Source: an uncultured candidate division Zixibacteria bacterium
GTDB lineage: Bacteria > Zixibacteria > MSB-5A5 > UBA10806
Assembly: GCA_963801605.1 (NCBI GenBank)
Contig: CAWDFP010000006.1
Coordinates: 928,001 to 992,000 of the forward strand
DNA length: 64,000 bases
Direction of reading: 5' to 3'
This document shows, piece after piece, positions 51,082-62,847 of the stretch. The notes under the pieces are model-generated. The model was given only the letters and a program-made list of their open reading frames with translations. It was not told the origin of the DNA and made no database searches. The translations under genes and the position numbers were made by a program. Positions within the stretch are counted from its first letter, which is position 1; each line of letters opens with the position of its first letter.

Positions 51082-52205
51082 TCAATAGTCCGGTAGTAAC
51101 TCCGATCTACCAGAGTTCCACATTTATTTTCCCCAATACCGACGCTCTCAAGGATTATCAGCTCGGTAAAAAGGGCGGTTATCTATATTCACGCTATAGC
51201 AATCCCACATTGGATTCAACTCAGCGTCTCCTGGCAAAACTCGAAGGAGCTCCTGCAAGTCTGGTGCTTTCATCGGGGATGGCCGCGATTAGTACCGCCT
51301 GCCTCACTATGCTAAAACCGAAAGATCAGGTAGTATCTTCATATCCGCTTTACGGCGGGACAACCAAGCTCTTTACCACTATCTTCAAGAAGTTGGGCAT
51401 TGAAGTCCGATTCTTTCCCGCTGGAAATGTCGAGAAACTCGAGCGGCTAATTACTTCGAAAACCAGGCTTATTTATCTCGAATCTCCTACAAATCCCAAT
51501 TTGCAGATAATCGATCTTAATGCGATCTCAGAGATCGCTTCGCGGAAACGTATTTTCACAATTATAGACTCGACCTTCGCCACTCCTATAAATCAAAAAC
51601 CCCTGACATTTGGTATCAAAGCGGTAGTACACTCTGCAACCAAATATCTCGGAGGGCATTCGGATCTTATCGGAGGAGTAATTTCCGGAGATAACGCTTT
51701 TATATCTGCAACTATCGAAACGATGAAATTATTGGGAGGATGTGCCGACCCTCATCAAGCTTTTCTGATAGAACGCGGCCTAAAAACCCTTCCGGTTCGA
51801 ATGGCGCGGCATAACGAAAATGCTATGAAAGTTGCATTATTCCTCGATAGGGAGCCTCGTCTTTCGCGTGTTATCTATCCCGGCCTTACGAACCATCCTC
51901 AGCACATTCTGGCGGCCTCCCAAATGTCGGGATTCGGCGGTATGGTAAGTTTTGATTTTGGCTCGGTGCAAAAGGCCGTCAAATTTGTCGATTCGCTTAA
52001 AGTTGTAAAAAACGCCGTTAGCCTGGGCGGTACGGAATCCTTAATATCTATCCCGATCTGGACATCCCACATGGGCCTTGCCAAAAATGAGCTATCGAAA
52101 TCAGGCGTGACTCCCGGCATGGTTCGGCTTAGTGTCGGCCTTGAAGATCCTGATGAACTAATTGATGATTTAAAACAAGCGCTCAGGGCTACCTATAAAA
52201 AGTAA
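51057..52205 (+). CDS. Cys/Met metabolism PLP enzyme (cystathionine or methionine gamma-lyase family)
   Basis: YSRYSNPT, SGMAAI, ESPTNP, DSTFATP, HSATKYLGGHSD, SLGG.ES. Confidence 0.92.
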   Translation: MPRKSKEIVNSPVVTPIYQSSTFIFPNTDALKDYQLGKKGGYLYSRYSNPTLDSTQRLLAKLEGAPASLVLSSGMAAISTACLTMLKPKDQVVSSYPLYGGTTKLFTTIFKKLGIEVRFFPAGNVEKLERLITSKTRLIYLESPTNPNLQIIDLNAISEIASRKRIFTIIDSTFATPINQKPLTFGIKAVVHSATKYLGGHSDLIGGVISGDNAFISATIETMKLLGGCADPHQAFLIERGLKTLPVRMARHNENAMKVALFLDREPRLSRVIYPGLTNHPQHILAASQMSGFGGMVSFDFGSVQKAVKFVDSLKVVKNAVSLGGTESLISIPIWTSHMGLAKNELSKSGVTPGMVRLSVGLEDPDELIDDLKQALRATYKK

Positions 52206-52356
52206 TATCTTCCCAAATTAACAAATCTAATAGATTTATACTGAATTATTAAAATCATCCTTGCACCTGAATGATTACATCTCTATTTTCCCCATCGATG
52301 ATAAATACTATACTCCATAAGGAATTAATTTTGATATCTCAAAGGGGCGGTAAATA

Positions 52357-53263
52357 TTGATCACTACAAAACAGGATGCCCCGCAAAACTATCTTCCGGA
52401 TATTTCGCTATTTTTGTGTACTGTGATCTGGGGTATTTCTTTTACCGTCATAAAAGATATCCTTGGCAAAGATATATCTTTAGTCCTGTTCATCTTTGTT
52501 AGATTCGCAATCGCTTCAATTCTAATCTACCCCCTATGCCGAAAAAGCTCTGCCAACAATGGGTTGGGATGGCGTCAAAGCCGGCATATTATTGGGTCTT
52601 TTGCTTTTCGTAGGATTTGTTACCCAGACAGCCGGCTTGCTGTACACAACGGCCTCAAAATCTGCCTTTATAACTGGTCTTTCATCGTTGTTAATCCCAT
52701 TTATCCTTCTCTTTCATAAAAAAATCCTACCCGAATTGCTTGTGATTATGGCGTTGGTAGTGGCTGCGATAGGGCTATATTTACTTACCGGTCCGGCTGG
52801 GGGCGGATTTAATTTTGGGGATTTTTTGACTCTTCTTTGTGCAATTGCTTTTGGTGCTCAGATCTATCTAATGGGAATTGTGACAGTACGATATGATTCG
52901 CTCAGTTTGACTTTTATAGAACTTGTCACTATGACTGTACTTTCGGCGGTTGTACTGCCGTTTGAAAATATTATATTTGTGCCATCGGCGAAAATAATAA
53001 TCGCCGTAATCTTTATGGCAATAGTTGCCACGGCAATGACGCTTTCTGTTCAGACCTGGGCCCAGAAACGGACAACTGCTGTCAGAGCGGGGCTTTTGTT
53101 TTGCGCCGAGCCAGTTTTTGCTTATATGATCGCTTTTGTCGCATTGGGGGAACGATTCAACCTTGTTCAAATGATAGGTGGAGCGACAATTATTGTTGCT
53201 ATCGTTGGTTCGGAGCTTATTCCGTTAATATTGAACGCTGCAAGCGCTAAACCTATGGATTAA
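52357..53263 (+). CDS. EamA/DMT transporter; frameshift near 52550
   Basis: WGISF..K, RF.IA; QTAGL.YTTASKSAFITG; EPVFA. Confidence 0.85.
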
Positions 53264-53376
53264 ATTTACTTAAATGCGGCTTTGTGATTTGAACAGTTGG
53301 CCTTATAATCTTGTTAATGATTAAATTTTGATATTGAGGAATGTATTTTATCAGATGAAAAGAATGTGCTCCAGTT

Positions 53377-54312
53377 ATGTCTGAAAAACTTGGCATAGTA
53401 TTAGACCCCGTATTTTACATGCACGATCCTGGGCCGACTCATCCGGAATCTCCAAAGAGACTGCGGGCAGTTGAGGAGGGCATCAAGGCCTTTGATTTAC
53501 CAATTACCCCGATACCCGCTCGTCCGGCCACCAGAGAAGAAATTTGCCTGGTGCATTCTCCCGAATATGTGGATAGTATCCTAAATATGCAGATTGACGG
53601 TATAGTTCAGCTCGATCCCGATACGGCCGCCTCGACTCACAGCCCGGAAGCCGCCAGAAAAGCTGTCGGTGGCGTCATCGAGGCCATTGATCGAATTATG
53701 CAGGGAGAACTTAAAAAGGCTTTCTGCGCCGTCAGGCCGCCGGGCCATCATGCCGAGCCGGATCATGCCATGGGTTTTTGCATATTCAACAATATCGCGA
53801 TTGGTGCTGCCCACGCCCTTTCACGCTGGCAACTCGAACGCGTAGCCATCATAGATTGGGATTTGCATCATGGCAATGGCACACAGGATACATTTTACGA
53901 TACTGACGAAGTCCTTTATATCTCGCTTCACCAATCTCCTTTTTATCCGGGGACTGGCAAAGAAATCGAAAAAGGCGATGGGAAAGGATTGGGTTTTAAT
54001 ATCAATATCCCGATGGCGCCCGGATCATCAGACGAGGATTTCAGGGAGGCTTTCCGAGAGATAGTTATTCCCGCCCTCTCAAATTACGAACCGCAGCTTC
54101 TCCTGATTTCGGCCGGTTTCGATTCACACCGTGACGACCCCCTGGGCGATCTCTATCTTACCACTGAGTATTTTGGCGAGATGACCTCGAAATTAAACGA
54201 GATCGCCGGTCAGTATTGCGACGGCCGCGTGGTTTCGGTTCTTGAGGGCGGCTACAATCTTCAAATTCTTAAAGAATGCGTGACACTTCATTTGAAGGAG
54301 TTGGCTGGATGA
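53377..54312 (+). CDS. Histone deacetylase family amidohydrolase
   Basis: HPE...RL, RPPGHHA, GFCIFNN, DWDLHHGNGTQ, SAGFD, LEGGY. Confidence 0.95.
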   Translation: MSEKLGIVLDPVFYMHDPGPTHPESPKRLRAVEEGIKAFDLPITPIPARPATREEICLVHSPEYVDSILNMQIDGIVQLDPDTAASTHSPEAARKAVGGVIEAIDRIMQGELKKAFCAVRPPGHHAEPDHAMGFCIFNNIAIGAAHALSRWQLERVAIIDWDLHHGNGTQDTFYDTDEVLYISLHQSPFYPGTGKEIEKGDGKGLGFNINIPMAPGSSDEDFREAFREIVIPALSNYEPQLLLISAGFDSHRDDPLGDLYLTTEYFGEMTSKLNEIAGQYCDGRVVSVLEGGYNLQILKECVTLHLKELAG

Positions 54313-55081
54313 ATAAATATGTCAGAATAAAGGAATATGACGGGATATTTTGGGGCCGAGTCCATGAAAACGAGGTCATATTACTGGACAATGCCCCCTG
54401 GGAAAGCCCCCGGGACATGGGACGGAAAGTAAAACTGGAGATGGGCAAACTTGCTGCCCCTGTTACGCCATCGAAGATCGTTTTGATTGGCAAAAACTAT
54501 CCGGAGCATATCAAAGAGATGTCAAATCTCGCGGGAACGCCATCCGAAGAGCCTATTATTTTCATGAAACCGCCAACCGCCGTAATAGGCCCCAACGATT
54601 CCATACCCAGATATTCTCAACTGGATCGAGTCGATTACGAAGGGGAGCTGGCTGCGGTCATCGGACGGAAAATATTCCGAGGCGGATCTTGGTAAAGTAA
54701 AGGAAAGTATATTTCGGATATACCTGTGTTAATGATGTCACTGCCAGGAATTTACAAAAGAAGGATGGCCAATGGACTCGCGCCAAAGGATTCGATGGCT
54801 TTTGTCCGGTTGGTCCCTGGATTGTGACGGACATCGATCCTCTTGACCTTAAAATTGAGACATATTTGAATGGTGAGCGCAAGCAGTCTGGAAGATCATC
54901 CGAACAACTCTGGAATATCTTTGAACTTATTATTTTTGTATCGAGTGTCATGACACTTTTGCCGGGCGATCTTATTTCCACTGGAACGCCCCGCGGAGTC
55001 GCACCTATGATGCCGGGGGACGTGGTGAGAGTTGAAATTGAAAAAATCGGAATACTTGAAAATAAGGTTGTATCCGCATGA
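54309..55081 (+). CDS. Fumarylacetoacetate hydrolase family protein; frameshift near 54680
   Basis: [34 protein letters not shown]. Confidence 0.88.
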
Positions 55082-56894
55082 TCGGACTTTCGGGCATCGT
55101 TGCCAATATTACTGCGGCCGGCGCTGATATCACTTTCGCCTGAATTGCCGGCGTCATATCGAATGGATGTTAAGCTCGATACCTCTAACAACAATATAAC
55201 CGGATTCGAGAATATCGAGTTTATGAATCCGACCTCGGATACTCTTTCTCAAATCTGTTTTCATCTTTATCCCAACGCATTCAAGGATACATCCAGCGCC
55301 TTCTGCCGGGAAAACTCGGAGATAAGATCAGAGGTGGCTGCAGGCAATACGTCTGAGCTTAAAATTTCAAACCTTACCATCGATTCGCTGTCTATCGATT
55401 CCAACGGCATCGAGGAGTCCGGCACGCTTTTATACGTTAATCTTCCAACGAAATTGCCACCCCTGAAAACGATTTCAATTTCGCTAAAGTTCGAACTGAA
55501 GATACCCAAAACCTTGATGCGTTTTGGCTATAACGATCTGGGCAATTACCTCCTTTCACACTGGCACCCCATTCTTTGCGGCTACCAGAAAGGTGTTCTG
55601 CAGGATTTCGAATATCATTCCAATAGCGAGTTTTTCTCAAATTTCTCGAGCTATGATGTCAGGCTCGATGTTCCGCTGGGTTTCGCGGTTGGCTCCACGG
55701 GGGAATTAACCGAGGTTTCGCGCGATAGCAGTCGTACCATTTGGAATGCCCACGCCGATACCGTTATCGATTTCGCGTTTGTCTGCGGACCGGGTTTCGA
55801 GGTAATCGAGTCTGATACACTCGGGATAAAAATCCGCTATCTGCTTGAAAAACGTCACTTAAAATATGCGACCGTTTACGGATGACTTGACCAAATTATC
55901 CCTTTGTTATGATTCCGAAAAATTCTTCAAATATCCTTATAAAACATTTACTTTAGTTGATTTTCAATCTGGCGCCTCCGGGATGGAGCTTCCCGGTATG
56001 GTGGTAATCAGCTATCCCGGCACAAGATTATTCTCTTTTGGGAAGTCAATTTTGGCGCTAACCATCGCTCATGAAATCACTCACGAATGGTTTTATGCTA
56101 CTGTTGCCACCAATGAAGCCATTGAACCGTGGCTTGATGAGGGCCTGACCAGCTACGTAACCGAACGTCTGCTGTCATCGGGCGGAGATAGTCTAAGTCA
56201 ACTAAACTTTATGGGATACAAATTTAGTTTTCCAATTTTCGAACACTTGAGCGCGATCATGGTTAAGGGTGAATATCCGATTGACCTGAAAAGCTGGGAC
56301 TATCCTGACGAAATGTCTTATGCCACTGCCGTCTACAACCGAAGCAGCCTGGTGCTTAAAACCCTTGAAAATCTGATTGGGCGGGATAAGTTCGATACAT
56401 TTTTGAAAGCCTATTCCAACAATTTTCGATTTAAGCATCCTCAAAAAGATGATTTTGTTAATCTCAGCGCTATCTATGCCGGTGCCGAAATGAGCCGTTT
56501 TGCCGGCCAATTTATCAATGGTACGACGCGACTTGACTATGCTATTAAAAATATCAAATACAAATCATTTCAAAATTCGGATTCGACAAAAGAATACGAG
56601 ATTACAGTTACAGTTGTGCGCGAACTCGATGGTGTCCTGCCTGAGAAAATCAGGCTAAGCCTTGAGGACGGCACTACCATAGATACCACCATCATGGAGA
56701 ATAATCTGAAAATCGTAGATCTGAAGTTTGTTGCGTCTTCCCGTCCGCTGTCCGCCGAACTGGTCAATCAATATGCGCTTGATGAAAATATTGCCAATAA
56801 CACCTTTTCCGAAAAATCGTTTGGCTCGCGCCTGATATCATTCGAATGGGATATGGTTTTTGGTGTGGAATTTTTACTATCGCTTATACTATGA
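55078..56894 (+). CDS. M1 family metallo-aminopeptidase; frameshifts near 55105 and 55880
   Basis: [21 protein letters not shown]...WLDEG; Y.RSSLVL. Confidence 0.85.
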
Positions 56895-57755
56895 AAAATA
56901 TTCTTAAAAACAGGCTCATTGCGGCAACGCTCATGTTTCTCCTGCTGAATTTAACTGGAGCCTTTCTGATTATGGCCCCGATCCTGGTAATTCTTCGCAA
57001 TCGCTATGATCATTCCCAGGCCGCCCTGAGCCTCTGGCCGGTTATCTCACCGCTCATGTTGAGCGATATCCTGATCAATGATGCTCAAATGCTCGGCACA
57101 TTCATCATTTCAGCTGTGGTAATATTGACTTTTTACATGCTTCTTCGGACATATTTTTCCGGCGGAATATACGGCGTGATCATTTTAGATAACAATAAAG
57201 CCACACTTGATGCCAACAATCCTTTGAAAGATTTTCTAATTCGATGTGCTTCATTCTGGCCGGGCTTTATCAAAGCGTCGCTCTTTTCAATCCTGGTATA
57301 TTTAATTACCATCTTTCTTGGAGTTTTCTTTGCGAAACTTATATCGATACTTGGAATATTCTGGCAGATCGTAATTTTTCTTTTCTTCATGCTGCTTGGT
57401 TCGACTTATATCCAGCTTCTCAAGGCCCGGCTCGTTTCAGGAGACACTGGTTCTGTCACAGAGGCAATTCGCTTTACACGCCCGATGATCGCGAAATCGG
57501 CTTTCAGACTTATCGCGGGGAATCTTGCGGTTGTGGTTGTCGGCGCTTTGATCATATTCATCTTGTGGAAAATTCTGAACGGCTCTTCGCGGCTTGGGCT
57601 GGAACATAGGTCTTGCCGTGCTTTCAATTGTTTTGGAGCAAGGAATTGTTTTTGTAATTTGCATTATGCAGGTGATAAGGATAAATTTTAATTATTCAAT
57701 AATCAAAAGAGGTGAACTCGATGTTGTGGGAAGAACTGAACTGGGCGGAGTTTGA
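56891..57755 (+). CDS. Hypothetical integral membrane protein; frameshift near 57590
   Basis: Several hydrophobic helices; ATGA overlap with the peptidase; last helix in a shifted frame ending at 57755. Confidence 0.65.
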
Positions 57756-58443
57756 AAAACTCGTCCCCGAAAAATACGATACAGCCATACTGCCGGTAGG
57801 TACTATCGAAGCCCACGGCGTAGCCCCGTTGGGAACTGACGATCTCATTCCCATGGAAATGGCCAAAAGAATTGCCGACGATTTACACGCCATCATCGCG
57901 CCGATTGTAAACCACGGAATCACCAGGACTCTTCTGGCTTATCCGGGTTCGCTTTCGGTGTCTGCTGATACTTTCGAGAAATATGTGATCGAATAATGAT
58001 CTCAATCGCCGATTGCAAATTCAAGAAGCTCGTTATCCTCAATGGCCACGGCGGCAATACCGAACGTCTGGCACGGGCTGTTCGCGAGGTCTGGCACGCC
58101 AAGCGCATCAAAATTGTATCGGTGGATTGGTGGACATGTTGCTGACGATCTCGTCGAGAAGATTTATGGACGAGCAGGCGGCCATGCTGCTACTGACGAA
58201 AACGCGGTAGTTCAGGCGTTTCGCCCGGAGCTTATTAAAAAAGAATTTTATTCCGATGAAATGGTTTATCTTCAGCCGCCTGGTTTCTCGGTCTATCCCA
58301 ATCCCGGTACAATTCTTTCCTATAAGGAAGGAGCCGGTTTCCTCGATTTCGATCAGAAAAAAGCCGAGCAATTTTTCAACGCTGTCACTGAACGAATAAA
58401 AACGCATATCCTCGATATATTTAAGCGCTGGGAACGGCTATAA
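57721..58443 (+). CDS. Creatininase family amidohydrolase; two frameshifts
   Basis: LPVGTIEAHG..PLGTD, NGHGGN (middle frame), GGHAATDE. Confidence 0.85.
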
Positions 58444-58558
58444 GATTGTGCGAAAAGGAGTTCCCGTGCACAGAATATTGTGCGCGGGAACTGGCGGAAT
58501 ACCTTCATTTTCTCGTATAACCATCAACAATTCATATCCTTATGACGTATAATATATC

Positions 58559-58574
58559 GGGCACAAGGTTTGCT
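58559..58574 (+). promoter_or_regulatory. Candidate sigma54 -24/-12 promoter
   Basis: GGGCAC-AAGGT-TTGCT (GG-N10-GC). Confidence 0.45.
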
Positions 58575-58628
58575 CTTCACGTATTTAGGTAAGTTTAGTT
58601 CTTTGATAATAGAATCGAGTTAATTTAT

Positions 58629-58657
58629 TTGACAGTCGATCGGCTTTGTGTTACAAT
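58629..58657 (+). promoter_or_regulatory. Strong sigma70 promoter, probably giving a leaderless mRNA
   Basis: TTGACA-17bp-TACAAT with TG extension; ATG begins 7 nt after the -10 box. Confidence 0.75.
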
Positions 58658-58663
58658 CGGCCC

Positions 58664-59468
58664 ATGAATCGTACGATGGCCAAATTAATGGCTCTCCTGC
58701 TCTTGATCTCCGCGCCGGTTCTGGCGCAGCATGAAACTGCTGATGATTCCGCCTACGCCTTCGCCAATATACCGCGAACGCCTATTCGCTGGACCATCAG
58801 ATACCCCGACAGCGGGTATGCTTCCCAAAGGTTCATTCGATCTCGATATGCGTACTTTTTCCGGTGGCGGACTGCAGGCCCAATTGGGCATCGGCTTGAT
58901 GAATCGATTTTCAATCGGCCTTGGCTTATGGAGCATCCTCGGTTCTTTCCGATACCACACCGAACTGGGCTCCACGTTTGGAATTTCAAATGCGCCTGAC
59001 CGGCTTCTTGAAGAGGGTCACGGTTTTCCGGCAGTCGCAATAGGCTTCAATTCGCAAGGGTTTGGGCCTTATGATGATTCATTAAAGCGCTACCAGGTAA
59101 AATCGACCGGTTTTTACGTGGCTTTTACCTCCAATTTCCAGTTTTACTCCAATAATGCCGGCTTGAGTTGGGGTGCAAACTACAGTCTCGAAAACGAACG
59201 AGACAGTGACCCATCCGCCTTTGTGGGATTCAACGCCGATCTTGGTAATAACATGCTTTTCTTAACCGAATACGATTTAGCTTTAAACGATAACACCCGC
59301 TATTCTGTCTATGGAAGAGGACGAGGCTTCTTCAATATGGGGTTGGTCTGGTATCTTACCGATGGACTGTCATTGGAACTCGATCTCAAGGATCTTTTAC
59401 GAAACCGGACAAATGCCAGCTCGATAGATCGAGAGGCTCGCCTGGTTTATACAGAGTTCTTTTATTAA
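58664..59468 (+). CDS. Outer membrane beta-barrel-like protein (YjbH-like); frameshifted
   Basis: Signal peptide; DTPTAGMLPKG; alternating beta strands; C-terminal LVYTEFFY. Confidence 0.6.
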
Positions 59469-59484
59469 CGCAGGAGCGGTTACT

Positions 59485-59979
59485 ATGAATAGAACGTACA
59501 TTACCGTCCTGGTGGCGGTTTTTTTATCGCTGACCATAGCGGGATGTTATACCAAACTTAAGGGGCCGGAACCGGGGACCGGGGTATATGACAACTATTA
59601 TTATGAATATCCCTATTATTATGACGGTTTCTACAATCCCTACTCGTTACAGTACGGATGGTATAGCCCGTTCTTTTTCGGTTACCCGTCCTACTATGGC
59701 AATTTTTATTATCCCTGGTGGTACGATCCTTATTATGGCGATGGAGGCTACGGTCATGGCGGTCAAAACCTGCCTGGTAAGGACGTAAGAACCCGTCGGG
59801 GAGGTGAGCCGAGTACAATGCCAAATGTTCCGGGAAGCAGCTATTCGCCTCCACCATCTTCACCGGGACCGAGCGATACTGGCACTCGAACGCCGTCCAC
59901 GCCATCATCCGGCAATCAGGGAACATCAAGCGGTGATGATAATTCATCTGGCGGCAAATCAACCAGAGGCAGACGATAG
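59485..59979 (+). CDS. Tyr-rich low-complexity lipoprotein
   Basis: Lipobox IAGC21; Tyr/Trp/Pro/Gly-rich core; Ser/Pro/Gly tail ending RGRR; SD AGGAG. Confidence 0.75.
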   Translation: MNRTYITVLVAVFLSLTIAGCYTKLKGPEPGTGVYDNYYYEYPYYYDGFYNPYSLQYGWYSPFFFGYPSYYGNFYYPWWYDPYYGDGGYGHGGQNLPGKDVRTRRGGEPSTMPNVPGSSYSPPPSSPGPSDTGTRTPSTPSSGNQGTSSGDDNSSGGKSTRGRR

Positions 59980-59987
59980 GAGAAAAG

Positions 59988-61273
59988 ATGAAAATTCTAT
60001 TCTAACCGCGGGCAACGGTTTTACTTTGCCCTGGCACTTACAGCGCTTTTTATAACTTTTGGATATTCGATTTCGTAGGCGCAATATTCGCAGGATTCTC
60101 TTTAGAGGTTTACGAACCGGCGACCGAAAATAATTTCCCCGTTGGCGGCCGGGCTTCTGGCATGGGCGGAGCGCAGATTCGGCGCCGGCGATGATGGTTC
60201 GGTTCTTTATTATAATCCCGCTCTTTTAACCAGAATTCGAAGCACCGAAATCTCGGGTACTCTGACCCAGCAGAGATTTAACAATAAGACCTCTATATAT
60301 GGAATTAACACGCCCGAGGCGCGACTCAACAACACCTGCGTTAGGGAGCCTTTGGGCCATTTTTCCTATTCCCACTGAGCGGGGTGGCATGTCGGTTGGA
60401 ATTGCTGTCAACCGCGTGAAAAGCTTCGATAGAATTTTCCGCTATTCTTCCAGTAATAATTGGTTTGATAATCCCAATTTGAATGGTTATGGCGGTGGTG
60501 AGGACGAAACCGGCAGTATTTGGGATTGGTCTTTTGGCGGCGCTATTGAGGTTTCGCCTAAATCCTCGGTTGGTCTTTCGCTGGATATTTTCGATGGTCA
60601 TGATGATTATTCAGCATTTTTTGATTCCACTTTTGGTGGCGCGACCTATCATTATCGCCATGAATATCAACGATAGCTACACCGGTATTTCCGGTAAGCT
60701 CGGCGCCACCTATGCCGCCACGAATTGGCTCAACTTGGGTGCTGTAATAAGATTTCCAACCTCGCTTTCGATTGATCAGTCGTCTTCAACATCTGACGGC
60801 GGAAATATCAGTAATGGCGAATTCTCTTATCGTTACACCCTCCCTTTTTCATTCGGTTTGGGAAGCGAATTTAATATCCGAGACCTCACTCTTGCCGCGG
60901 ATATCAGTTATCTCGACTATACTCAATTGAGCTATCAGAAGGGGTTCGAGGACCTCTCCGCGGCTGATCGTTTGGTGAGGCAGTACTATCGCGATGTTTT
61001 AAGTTATCATCTTGGGGCTGAATACCTGATTCGTTCTGCGGGCATCAGCCTTCGTGCCGGATATTTCAGCGAACCGATTCCTTTAAAGGATACCCTGTAG
61101 TTCGCGATCCCAAATTTTTCACGGTTGGCGCCGGAATAGTAATTGAAAACTCGGCCAATTTCGATTTAGCTTTCGTTGGCGGCTCCTGGAAACGCCAGGA
61201 CCCCTCAATTGGCAGCACCGAGGAGTACAACGCTCAAAGATTTTTGGCTACGCTATCATTTAGGATAAAGTAG
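59988..61273 (+). CDS. FadL/Toluene_X-like outer membrane transport protein; multiple frameshifts
   Basis: Pieces GGRA..MGGA, SVLYYNPALL, YTLPFSFGLG, YHLGAEY, LRAGYF..P; ends FLATLSFRIK*. Confidence 0.7.
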
Positions 61274-61321
61274 TATCGTGATGTACCGTCGAGCCTCAAA
61301 CTCGGCAGTGACATTTCCCGG

Positions 61322-61351
61322 CCGGGGTTCTGCAAGAACCCCGGTTTTTTT
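61322..61351 (+). terminator. Intrinsic terminator
   Basis: CCGGGGTTCT-gca-AGAACCCCGG then T7. Confidence 0.85.
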
Positions 61352-61546
61352 ATTACAAATGGGCTATGGAACTCGGCTAGGTCGGACAGATCTCAGTCTT
61401 GTTCATTTTGAATGTTCAATAATATTGAACAAGGGGAGATAATGAACAATAATGGACTCGTGGTCAAGACCCAGTGGCATTGACAAGGGCTTTTTATTTG
61501 ACTTTCCCTCGTATTCGCATACTTTACCGCGCGGAGATATGTTGAC

Positions 61547-62734
61547 GTGATACCGCTTTTTTTGCTCTTTGTCCTAACTGTAGTACTAATCAGATTTAAG
61601 ATTCCTATTGGAGTGGCCCTGATCTCAGGCGCAATCTTCCTTGGCGTTTATCATTTCGGGCTTACTGGCGAATTATGGGAAATGCTTTGGAAGGCCCTGA
61701 TCAGCCTTAATACCTGGAAACTTGTACTGACTGTCGCCCTGATCCTAACCTTTGCCAATATCTTTGAATCGGCCGGCTATGTGCGCTCGATGGTGGCTTC
61801 GCTTGAATCATTTCTGTCGCCAGGCTGGGTAACCCGAATCGCGCCGGCGATAATCGGTCTTCTTCCAATGCCGGGTGGGGCCATGGTTTCTGCACCTATT
61901 GTAAAACAAATGGGGGAGGGCTCGAATACCTCGCCTGAACAATATACAGCTGCCAACTATTGGTGGCGCCACGTCTGGGAAACTACCTGGCCGCTCTATC
62001 CCAGTATAATTTTAGCTGCCGCGGTTCTTAATGTTTCAGTTTGGGATGTTGCCCGTATCAATTTCCCGATTTCGCTGACTTGCATAGTTTCAGGTTTCAT
62101 CCTCAAACGGATCGGTTCGCCAGTGAGGTCCGGCAACAAAATCAATTGGTTAAATCTTTTGGGTTCGCTCTGGCCTATAATTCTGATTGTCCTCTTGAGC
62201 CTGCTCTTCAAAGTCGATCTGGTTCTTGCAGTCATCCTGGTTTTGGTCGTTGTGATAATAAAGAAGCAGGTCTCACGTCCCATAGTATTCGACGGTCTTA
62301 AGCAGGGCTTTTCGCTCGATATCATCGCCCTTATTTTCGGAGTTATGACATTAATGTATGCTATCGAAACAACCAAAGTGGCGATGGTTTTTTATGGAGA
62401 ACTCCTGGAGTTCGGTATCGCGCCTATGATGGTCGTTTTCGTGGTGCCATTTGTGGTCGGGCTTTTGACCGGAGTGACGTCGGCATATATAGGAGTCGGA
62501 TTTCCTATCGTTCTACCGCTTTTGGGCACGGCGCAGGTATCGCAAAATGCGGGGATGCTTTTGGCTTTCGCTGGCGGTTTCATGGGTGTCATGGCTTCGC
62601 CGGTGCATCTTTGCCTGGTACTTACCAATGAGTATTTTAAAGCCTCGCTTATAAAAACCCTGACCCTGCTAATATTGCCAATTTTATTGACCTCTTTGAT
62701 CTCCTGGGTAATGGCCTTGGCGGTTTATCATTAG
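61547..62734 (+). CDS. DUF401 family membrane protein
   Basis: PAIIGLLPMPGGAMVSAP, NYWWRHVWE..WPLYP, SPVHLCL.LTNEYF. Confidence 0.85.
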   Translation: MIPLFLLFVLTVVLIRFKIPIGVALISGAIFLGVYHFGLTGELWEMLWKALISLNTWKLVLTVALILTFANIFESAGYVRSMVASLESFLSPGWVTRIAPAIIGLLPMPGGAMVSAPIVKQMGEGSNTSPEQYTAANYWWRHVWETTWPLYPSIILAAAVLNVSVWDVARINFPISLTCIVSGFILKRIGSPVRSGNKINWLNLLGSLWPIILIVLLSLLFKVDLVLAVILVLVVVIIKKQVSRPIVFDGLKQGFSLDIIALIFGVMTLMYAIETTKVAMVFYGELLEFGIAPMMVVFVVPFVVGLLTGVTSAYIGVGFPIVLPLLGTAQVSQNAGMLLAFAGGFMGVMASPVHLCLVLTNEYFKASLIKTLTLLILPILLTSLISWVMALAVYH

Positions 62735-62847
62735 GTTTTGATTTAGCCGCTGTCCTCCGGGAAAAAATTCCTCATCACTGATGTTATTTGACCCACCTGC
62801 TAAAGTATCCCTTTTTATATCCGATAACCCTATTGAAAGGGGAAAAC

